Assembly (NCBI GenBank): GCA_964652315.1
Contig: CAZZBU010000001.1
Coordinates: forward strand, 15,221 to 79,220
Length of the DNA: 64,000 nucleotides
Direction: 5' to 3'
Source of the DNA: an uncultured Bacteroidales bacterium
Lineage (GTDB): Bacteria > Bacteroidota > Bacteroidia > Bacteroidales > JAAAOM01
The first letter of the stretch is position 1; each line of letters opens with the position of its first letter. Position numbers and translations under genes: made by a program. Below the pieces are notes generated by a model. The model was not told the origin of the DNA, made no database searches, and saw nothing but the letters and a program-made list of their open reading frames with translations. Positions 9,367 through 17,700 of the stretch are shown one piece after another.

Positions 9367-12300
9367 TACAGAAGTCATAAAACAACATATTGCTACGCAA
9401 TCTGACAGGAAGAATCCATTTCCGGGATTGAGACCTTTCAGCATTGATGATACCTACTTGTTTTTTGGCAGGGAAGGACAAAGTGCTGAAGTTATCCGAA
9501 ATCTCACTAAATATCGTTTTGCTGCGGTTACCGGTGCCTCAGGCGAAGGAAAATCGTCCTTAATTTATTGTGGGGTTATTTCAGGGCTTCAGGGAGGATT
9601 TATTCCCGAGGCGGGTGCAAACTGGAATATTGTTCATTTCCGCCCCGGAAGCAGTCCAATAGAAAATCTTGCAGATGCCCTTTTTAATAACCTGCCAGAG
9701 AAGAGAAAAAAAGAAAAAACACTTAAACCACTTTTTCTTTCACTCCTTAAACGGAGTTCCGATGGAATTGTAGAGGTTATAAAACAGATGCGGCTGCCTG
9801 ATCAGCAAAATATGCTGTTAATTGTTGACCAGTTCGAAGAGCTTTTCCGGTTTCGTGAAGCAACACGGAATTTTGATGTTATCAACGAAACAGAAAGCTT
9901 CATCAAGCTGTTGACAGATTCCGTAAGTCAGAAAAATGTTCCTGTGTATATTATTCTAACCATGCGATCGGATTTTATGGGTGAATGTTCCCAATTTCCT
10001 GACCTGGCTCAACGGATAAATATGAGTAACTACCTTATTCCCAGGATGTCAAGAGAGGATTACAAGCGGGTAGTTACAGGCCCGATATCTGTTGCAGGCG
10101 TTAAAATTGAAGAGCAGTTGGTTTATGAACTCTTGAATAATGTAACAGATGAAGTAGATTCACTCTCAGTGATTCAGCATGCCCTCATGCGGACCTATGA
10201 GCATTGGAAGAAGTACAGTGATCCGCTTTCGCCAATATCTTATGTTGATTATGAGGCTATTGGTAAAATTGACAATGCAATCTCGTATCATGCAGATGAA
10301 GCCTTTAATGAGTTAGATGAAGAAGGGCAAAGGATTTGCCGAAGCATGTTTACTACCCTTACTGAAAGGGGAGAAGATAACAGGGGGATAAGGCATCCGG
10401 CTAAAGTTTCGACAATTGCAAACGTAGCTCAGGCCCCGGTTAAGGATACCATCGAAGTAATAAACAAATTCCGTACAGAAGGACGTGCATTTCTTACACC
10501 CAGCATTACCACACCAATTACTGCTGATACGGTTATTGATATTTCGCATGAAAGCATTATGCGGAACTGGGACAGGCTCAAAAACTGGATTGATGAAGAA
10601 ATAGAGTCTGTAAGGATGTATCTGCGAATATCAGAGGCCGCTGAATTATACCAGTTGGGTAAAGCCGGATTGTGGCGACCGCCTGATTTGCTATTAGCAC
10701 AAAACTGGAGAAAAAGATTTAAACCTAATCTTGCCTGGGCTAAACGGTATAATCCTGCATTTGAGCGGACAATGGTGTTTCTGGATGCCAGTGAAAAAAG
10801 ATACCAGGCCGAAGAAAGAAATAAAATACGCATGCAAAAGCGGACCCTCGTCCGGACACGTAGGTTTGCCTCTGTACTCGGGGTCACTGCTGTAATTTTT
10901 CTCGGATTGGTATTATATGCAAATTTCCAGCGAGTTGAGGCCGAAAAACAACGGCTTGCAGCGGAAGAAGCCAGTCAGGAAGCTGAAGAACAACGGAAAA
11001 TTGCCATTGCACGAACACTGGAAGCTGAAGAATTGCGAAGCATTGCTCAACGAAATGCTCAACTGGAGCAGGAAAAGAGAGCAATTGCTGAGAAGTTGTC
11101 TGAATTGTCGGATGATGAAAAGGACAAAGCCCTTCAGACGGCAACGGAAGCCGAGCTTGAATCGGAGATACTACGGCAAACATCTATTCTTGAACGCCAG
11201 CAACGCGAAATTGTGGAGGAAACGCTCCGGGAAACAGAAAAAGAGAAAACAGAAGCCCAACTGGCAAAAGAACGGGAGTATCGACAGCGTATCCTTTCAA
11301 TTTCAAATGAGATGGCAATTCGTTCGCTTCAAATAAACCAAAACAAAAATTTAAAAGGGTTATTGGCATATCAGGCTTATATTTATAATGAGCGATACAA
11401 CGGACAAGAACATAATTCAGATATATATCATGCGTTGCTGTCATCCTTGAAATCATTTAACGATCCCGTATATCAAAGTGTTGAAGCCCATTTAGGAGCT
11501 GTTAGAGGGGTTAGCTTCCATCCAAACGCCAATTTATTTTATACCCTGGGTGGTGAAGGTAAAATCTATGAATGGGATATAAACAGTCCACAGACTCCCC
11601 ACGCCACCATTATGGATGATAACGTTTTGAACCGTTCCATGGCTCTAAGCAATGATGGCAAATGGTTGGCAGCGGGTACCGGCGAAAACCATATATTGCT
11701 GTTTAATCTGGATCAACCGCAAAGCCCGCCTGCAAAACTCCGGGGGCATACCGGGTGGATTTGGTCCCTTGCTTTTACTCCGGATAACAGTGCTTTGATA
11801 AGTTCCAGTGGTGATAAATCCATTATTGCATGGAATCTTTCAACTTTTGAGGGGCGTCTGCTTACGGAAAATAATTCCGGTGTGCGCTCCATTAGTTCCA
11901 GCCCTGATGGTAGATATGTAATCGGTGGTACAGATGATGGAAGGTTGATCCTTTGGAACCTTCAGGACCAGAATTCAATTGAGTTACACCAGCAGCAGGG
12001 AAATACAATTTATGCTGTTAATTACAGTGATAACGGACGCTTAGTTGCTTTTGGTGATAAAAACGGTCAGGTAAAATTGCTAAACCCTCAGTCAGGAAAT
12101 CTCATTCGAACCCTGTCGGGTCATAAACAGCGGATTTTAAACCTTGATTTCAGTCCAAATGGAAGGTATCTTGCTTCATCCAGCCTTGACGGATCAGTAC
12201 GTTTATGGTCACTTGAGAATCTGAACATGCCGCCCATTGTGCTGTCCGGACACGATTCATGGGTGCTGGCCGTAGCTTTCAGTGCCGACAGTCAGCATCT

Positions 12301-12460
12301 GGTTTCTACCAGTCAGCGTGGAAACTTTATGGTCTGGCCTACAAATTCGGATGTTATGAGCGATAAAATGTGTAATTTTATTAACAGAAACATGAATCAA
12401 AGTGAATGGAACTCTTACGTCGGTTCAGATATAGAATATGAAAAAACCTGTAACCCCTAA
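9347..12460 (+). CDS. STAND-type P-loop NTPase (nSTAND-like), single TM helix, long coiled coil, seven WD40 repeats
   Basis: 1037-aa ORF. N-terminal signature NPFPGLRPFSIDDTYLFFGRE, Walker A GASGEGKSS, Walker B LLIVDQFEELF. Hydrophobic FASVLGVTAVIFLGLVLYANF is preceded by KRTLVRTRR. An E/K/Q/R-rich helix and 7 WD40-like blades follow. Start ATG 9347 or 9359; both overlap the upstream stop at 9364-9366. Confidence 0.75.
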   Translation: MQKKMADTEVIKQHIATQSDRKNPFPGLRPFSIDDTYLFFGREGQSAEVIRNLTKYRFAAVTGASGEGKSSLIYCGVISGLQGGFIPEAGANWNIVHFRPGSSPIENLADALFNNLPEKRKKEKTLKPLFLSLLKRSSDGIVEVIKQMRLPDQQNMLLIVDQFEELFRFREATRNFDVINETESFIKLLTDSVSQKNVPVYIILTMRSDFMGECSQFPDLAQRINMSNYLIPRMSREDYKRVVTGPISVAGVKIEEQLVYELLNNVTDEVDSLSVIQHALMRTYEHWKKYSDPLSPISYVDYEAIGKIDNAISYHADEAFNELDEEGQRICRSMFTTLTERGEDNRGIRHPAKVSTIANVAQAPVKDTIEVINKFRTEGRAFLTPSITTPITADTVIDISHESIMRNWDRLKNWIDEEIESVRMYLRISEAAELYQLGKAGLWRPPDLLLAQNWRKRFKPNLAWAKRYNPAFERTMVFLDASEKRYQAEERNKIRMQKRTLVRTRRFASVLGVTAVIFLGLVLYANFQRVEAEKQRLAAEEASQEAEEQRKIAIARTLEAEELRSIAQRNAQLEQEKRAIAEKLSELSDDEKDKALQTATEAELESEILRQTSILERQQREIVEETLRETEKEKTEAQLAKEREYRQRILSISNEMAIRSLQINQNKNLKGLLAYQAYIYNERYNGQEHNSDIYHALLSSLKSFNDPVYQSVEAHLGAVRGVSFHPNANLFYTLGGEGKIYEWDINSPQTPHATIMDDNVLNRSMALSNDGKWLAAGTGENHILLFNLDQPQSPPAKLRGHTGWIWSLAFTPDNSALISSSGDKSIIAWNLSTFEGRLLTENNSGVRSISSSPDGRYVIGGTDDGRLILWNLQDQNSIELHQQQGNTIYAVNYSDNGRLVAFGDKNGQVKLLNPQSGNLIRTLSGHKQRILNLDFSPNGRYLASSSLDGSVRLWSLENLNMPPIVLSGHDSWVLAVAFSADSQHLVSTSQRGNFMVWPTNSDVMSDKMCNFINRNMNQSEWNSYVGSDIEYEKTCNP
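9533..9559 (+). other. Walker A / P-loop (GASGEGKSS)
   Basis: Direct translation of nt 9533-9559 in the CDS frame. Confidence 0.85.
9812..9847 (+). other. Walker B region (MLLIVDQFEELF)
   Basis: Hydrophobic strand followed by D-Q-F-E-E-L-F. The DQFEE motif is typical of the nSTAND-type NTPases often fused to WD40 or TPR arrays. Confidence 0.7.
10865..10927 (+). other. Predicted single transmembrane helix (signal-anchor)
   Basis: 21 consecutive hydrophobic residues, FASVLGVTAVIFLGLVLYANF. The basic cluster KRTLVRTRR on the N-terminal side fits the positive-inside rule. Confidence 0.65.
10928..11290 (+). other. Predicted coiled-coil spacer of about 120-130 aa
   Basis: Uninterrupted A/E/K/Q/R/L-rich sequence with no Pro or Gly: QRVEAEKQRLAAEEASQEAEEQRKIAIARTLEAEELRSIAQRNAQLEQEKRAIAEKL...TEAQLAKEREYRQR. 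Confidence 0.6.
11483..12340 (+). other. Seven WD40-like blades (beta-propeller)
   Basis: Seven units of ~40 aa. Examples: RGHTGWIWSLAFTPDNSALISSSGDKSIIAWNL, SGHKQRILNLDFSPNGRYLASSSLDGSVRLWSL, SGHDSWVLAVAFSADSQHLVSTSQRGNFMVWP. Confidence 0.85.
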
Positions 12461-12471
12461 TCAAAAAATGA

Positions 12472-13500
12472 ATGGCAGTTTTTCAAAGGATGGTTATTTT
12501 TAACTTGTTTCTGATTGTAATCCCTCCGCACGCCAGTGCGCAGGAAAACAAATGTGTTTATAAGCTTGACACTGCCCGGATACTTTTTGAAAACGGCCTT
12601 ATCGAGGATGTGCCATCTACATTGTGGCCATGTATCGAAGAAGGATTCTCACGGGAAGAACGCATAAGTGCGTACAAATTACTGGTGATAACATATTTAT
12701 TTGATGGTAACCAGACCGAGGCAGAACGTACAATGCAGCAGTTTATTTTTGATTATCCAAATTACGATATCAGGCCCGATGATCCCGTGGAATTTGTGTA
12801 TCTCTATGAATCCTATGAATCGGTACCCAAGTATTCTTTTGGAATACGTACAGGTACAAATCTGGCACAGCCTTATCGAATAAATCCTCAAAGTATTGGT
12901 ATTTCGGGAGACAATAGTGTTAAATACCATCTCGGTTTGCAAGCTGCCGTAACATCTGCTATTTATCTGAACAGAAATTTTGCCCTGAATCTTGAAACTG
13001 TGATACTTCAGACAAATCATGAGTTTATCAATAACTTAACCGACATTTCTAAAGTTCGGTTTGAGGAGGTTCAAAACAGAGTTGAAGTACCTCTCTACCT
13101 GAGTTATCATTTTAATACGAAAGAATTTTTCCCTTATGTTTTTTTGGGAGGGTCTTTTAATAAGTTGCTTGTAGCAAATGGATTGCCCGAACGCGTTGTG
13201 CTTTCTGAGGACGACAACGAAACTTTTACCGGTCCTGAACTTGACATTTCAGCCCAACGGAATAATTTTGATTTTACCGGACTTGCAGGATTTGGACTTC
13301 GTTATCCGTTAACCAAAGGAAGCTTATTCCTGGATTTCCGTACTTCTTTTGGATTGAAAAATCATCTGGCCGGGTCCAGATTTCAGAATACCATATTATG
13401 GTCCAGATATTACCACCTAGATAATGATTTTGCCATGATTCGTTATTCCCTGAGTTTTGGTTATGTTTATTCATTTTATAAGCCCGTAAAAATCAGGTAG
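12472..13500 (+). CDS. Secreted protein with an N-terminal TPR-like helical segment and a C-terminal outer-membrane beta-barrel-like domain
   Basis: Signal peptide MAVFQRMVIFNLFLIVIPPHASA|Q. The C-terminal ~230 aa show alternating hydrophobic/polar strands rich in G/Y/F/N (FGIRTGTNLAQPY...GFGLRYPL...YSLSFGYVYSFY). Starts 11 nt after the upstream stop. Confidence 0.55.
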   Translation: MAVFQRMVIFNLFLIVIPPHASAQENKCVYKLDTARILFENGLIEDVPSTLWPCIEEGFSREERISAYKLLVITYLFDGNQTEAERTMQQFIFDYPNYDIRPDDPVEFVYLYESYESVPKYSFGIRTGTNLAQPYRINPQSIGISGDNSVKYHLGLQAAVTSAIYLNRNFALNLETVILQTNHEFINNLTDISKVRFEEVQNRVEVPLYLSYHFNTKEFFPYVFLGGSFNKLLVANGLPERVVLSEDDNETFTGPELDISAQRNNFDFTGLAGFGLRYPLTKGSLFLDFRTSFGLKNHLAGSRFQNTILWSRYYHLDNDFAMIRYSLSFGYVYSFYKPVKIR

Positions 13501-13502
13501 CT

Positions 13503-14675
13503 ATGTTGCAAAAAATTAAAATAGTCCTTGCTTTGATCTCCATCCTAACGGGCTGCAGTGATGATTTGTTCGAAGAGCTGCCTGAGAATACTTCAGTGAG
13601 GTTTTTTGGTACCTCAGGCAGAGACGTAGCAATAGATGTCACGTCACGAAACAATGGTATTTTTATTCTGGGAAGCATCCTCGACAATGGAAACACATAT
13701 CCGGGAATATTTAGCCTTGACCATGTGGGGCAGCAAAAAAATCAGTCCTTTATCATTGATAATCAGATGAATAACGTTGTTGTTGATTTTGAATTAACCG
13801 ATGATAATAATATTATTGTACTGGCTAATTCCCTTCCGGCAGAAAGCAATCAAACCTCTGCCGTACATGTAATAAAAACAGATATAAATGGAAACATAAT
13901 TTGGCAAAAAGATTTTATAGTAAGAGGCAACATATCATCCCGGCAAATGTTAATTCATCAGGATAACATCTATATTGTCGGAAGTATTTTTGATAACAAT
14001 GGAAGCGAAGAGGATGGTTGGTTGCTTATGCTGGATAAAGAAGGGACCATTTTACAGGAACACAGGTATGGTGGAAATCTAAATGATGGGATTGTTTCTA
14101 TAGTTGCAGTAGAAAATGATTTATTATTATTGGGCAATACCCAGTCCTTTGATATTGGTAACAGAAGCGGTGATATTTGGTTAATCCGGACAGATTTAAA
14201 TGGAAGCATTAAAGGGTTTAATACATTTGGTACCTCCGGAAGTGACATAGCACTGAGCCTTATAAAACAAAGCAACAATGCTGTCTTTGTCTTGGGCCGT
14301 TCTACTAAATCTTTAAATGGTGGTGATCTGACCCTTGTCAGTTGTGTTAATCCTGTTTCTCTCTCAGTTGATTGGCAAAAGGAATATTCTGCAGATTATT
14401 CACTTTCTCCACAATCCATGATTTGGTGGAATAATGCTTTGGTGGTAGTACAAAATGAAGAAATCAGTTCTGATTTTACCCAGATCGGGTTTTTGTATTA
14501 TAACATGGAAGGAGAATTATTAAAGCATAACCATCTGGACGGTGAGATTGGTATTTCTGCACGAAAAATTCACGTGTTCAGTGAAGATGAATTTGTTCTT
14601 ATCGGTACAAATGTTTTCAGAGGTGCCAGTGATATAGCATTTTTAAAGATCAGTGAAAATTCCGAATTTTTTTAG
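13503..14675 (+). CDS. Lipoprotein with about seven ~50-aa beta-propeller-like repeats
   Basis: Lipobox LALISILTG|C. Repeating pattern (F/Y)G.s..D.a..v....n.ivv.G.t......D.wl.k.d..G.i, for example IVGSIFDNNGSEEDGWLLMLDKEGTIL and LLGNTQSFDIGNRSGDIWLIRTDLNGSI. ATG lies 2 nt after the upstream stop. Confidence 0.6.
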   Translation: MLQKIKIVLALISILTGCSDDLFEELPENTSVRFFGTSGRDVAIDVTSRNNGIFILGSILDNGNTYPGIFSLDHVGQQKNQSFIIDNQMNNVVVDFELTDDNNIIVLANSLPAESNQTSAVHVIKTDINGNIIWQKDFIVRGNISSRQMLIHQDNIYIVGSIFDNNGSEEDGWLLMLDKEGTILQEHRYGGNLNDGIVSIVAVENDLLLLGNTQSFDIGNRSGDIWLIRTDLNGSIKGFNTFGTSGSDIALSLIKQSNNAVFVLGRSTKSLNGGDLTLVSCVNPVSLSVDWQKEYSADYSLSPQSMIWWNNALVVVQNEEISSDFTQIGFLYYNMEGELLKHNHLDGEIGISARKIHVFSEDEFVLIGTNVFRGASDIAFLKISENSEFF

Positions 14676-14703
14676 TTTGGAAAACTTGTTTTTGTTTTGA
14701 TAC

Positions 14704-17700
14704 ATGATTTTAAAGAAACATATACTATCTCTTTTTTTTCTGTGGGTTGGGATATTTTTAAATCAATCCCAAAGCTTTGGAGCGCTTGATTTGCTTGGTG
14801 GCACTGTTGTAATCAGTGGAGATACCACCATCTGTCCTGGTGATTCAGCTAATATAAGGCTCCAGTTTACAGGACAGCCTCCTTTTGATGCATATATTAC
14901 CAGAACAAGTGCCGCCTATGATACTTTGCAGGATATTTATTCAACCGATACGATTATCAAAGTTGAACTTGAGGGTATTTATCGCGTTTCTGATATGTTC
15001 GATGCTACCGGTTCGGGGGTGTCAAACGGTTCTGCAACCGTAAATTCGTATAATCGTCCATCTGCCGTTTTAGGGGGGAGCCGGTCCATTTGCGAAGAAG
15101 ACAGCACACAACTTACAGTCAATCTTTCCGGGGCAGCACCATGGAATATTGTGCTTGATGTTAATGGTGAAAACCTTGTATATTCTGATATAGAAGATGA
15201 AATTTTCAATATGTACATAAATCAGCAAGGAGTCTATGAGGTGGTAGAGGTAAAGGATTCATATTGTTATGGCGAAGCCAGCGGGCAGTTTGAATTAAGC
15301 CATTATCCCAAGTCCAATGCAACTCTCTTTGGAGAGTCTACGATTTGTGAAGAATCCTCAATGCCCCTGGTGTTCCTGTTCGAAGGCGATCAGCCCTGGG
15401 AGGTAGCCTATGAAGTAAATGGGATATTGACAGATACAGTCCATGATATTACGCAAACACCCTTTTACTACAATGTGTCGCAGGAAGGCACTTATACCAT
15501 TAACCACATAAAAGATGCCCGTGGTTGTATTGGTAATTTTTCGGGGACAGCTCAGGTAACACACCATGAAAAAACGGATGTACAGATTACCAACCTCAAT
15601 TCTACCTATGCAATTACTCACCCGCCTGTTACGCTCACTGCCACACCCAGTGGAGGTGAATTTAAAGGCAATGGAGTAGTATCATCTACCGGTACGTTCT
15701 ATCCTGACATCGCTGGATCCCTGGGGACTTCACATGAGATAATTTATTATTACATTGACCCGGTAACAGGTTGCCTTAGTACGGATACCGCCCTTGTTAA
15801 TGTTATCGAAGCTGCAGCAAGCCTTATCCTCGAGGATGAAAAAGAGGTGTATTGCTTTAATGGTGATCCTATTTTACTTACCGGGGCTAATGTTGAGAAT
15901 ACCATAGGGAAATTCAGTATATCCGGCGGAAAGGGATTGGTCGATCATAATGATAACACAGCTACTGTTTATCCCAGTCAGCTTTCAGGTGGTACTTATA
16001 CCATTACTTATTCGGATAATGATGGGAGTTTGTTTTCAGTAGAAAAACAAATTAATGTTGAATACCTTGAAGAAATATACTTTATTGGCCTGACTGATAA
16101 AAACTTTTGTGCTAATGATCCTCCCGTTGAGCTAACCGGAAATCAGCAGGGGGGAGTATTTATGGGCAGTGGTGTTGAAGTAGACAGTACAGGGACTTTT
16201 TATTTTAATCCTTCTAATGCAAATGTCGGAACAAACACCATTGTTTATTCGTTTACCTCTGTTAACGGATGTACCAGAGATACCACCAGTGACGTAATGG
16301 TATTTGCTTTGCCTGATATAGATTTTACAGTTTCGGATAGTTGTGTTGATGAAAGAAATCCATATCCGGTGAGATTTTTAAACCTAACAGCAAGCGAACA
16401 GCCGGTAACTGAATGGTTTTGGACGTTCAATGACGCCGGATCAGGAGTGCAAAATACGAGTACGCTTGAAAACCCAACACATGTTTATTCCACGGCGGGC
16501 TCACGCTCCGTTCAGTTAACAGCGACTACCAATGTTGGTTGTGAAAATACAGGTGCAAAAACCATCATCTTTGGTGATAAGCCGGCCAGTTCATTCACGG
16601 TCTCCTCGGAATGTTATAATAGTGATTCGGCCATTCAGTTTGTAAATACCAGTACAAGTAAAACAGAGATTGCATCTTATTTGTGGGAATTCAGACATGG
16701 CTCCAGCGTCATTACCAGCGAAGAAGAGAACACATCGCAAGTTTTTCCTGAACTTAAAAATTATGATATCCGTTTTATTACCGAAACAGCCGCTGGTTGC
16801 AAGGATACATCGATTTATTCCCTGGAGTTAAAACCAACCATTGATTTAAGTGAAGGGCCGTATTTTCAGGATTTCGAACTTGGAAGAGGAAGTTGGAACA
16901 CTGAAAATGAGCTTAATGCGCAAATCAACAGCTGGACTTTTGGCACTCCTGACGAATATTTTACTACAGCCGGTAGTTCTAATAAAGCCTGGTATACGGA
17001 TATTGGAGTGCGCGAAATGGAACAGTCATGGGTGAAAAGCCCGTGTTTCAGCTTTAGTAATTCCAAAAAACCATATATCAGTTTTGATGTCTGGCGAATT
17101 TTTGAACAAACACGTGATGGGGCAGCCCTTCAATATACTACAAATAATGGGGCTACCTGGTCGCTGGTTGGTGGGCTTAATGATGGAATTAACTGGTTTA
17201 ACTCATATCAAATCATTGGTCTTCCAGGAAATCAATCAATTGGCTGGTCAAATATAATTGATAATCAATGGGTTGAAACAAGGCATAGACTGGATAGCCT
17301 CATTGGTAAATCCAATGTGCAGTTCAGAATAGTGTATGGTTCTGATGGAACGGGTTTAAATAATCAGGGAATTTCCTTTGATAATATTTGGATATCAGAA
17401 CGTCAGCATCAGGTATTAATAGAACATTTTACAAACATTAACGACTCCGCAATATTATATTCCAATTCGCTGGTAAACAACCTTACCAGAGACAATAAAA
17501 AGGATGTTGTTAATATTCAATACCACACCGGTTTTCCAAATATTGATAGTTTTAATCTGGTAAATCCGGTTGATCCCAGTGCTAGGTTACTTTATTACGG
17601 TATTTCAGAGACACCCTACTCAGTAATTGACGGACGTAACACTTTTGATTATACAGAGGGGAATGAACCCGGTGATAACATTTTGATTCAGGGGTCACTG

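Noticed and set aside
12841-12870. TGGCAC-containing sequences, for example at about 12863, considered as sigma-54 promoters for the orphan activator.
   Set aside because: They lie inside coding sequence and lack the TTGC element at the correct N5 spacing.
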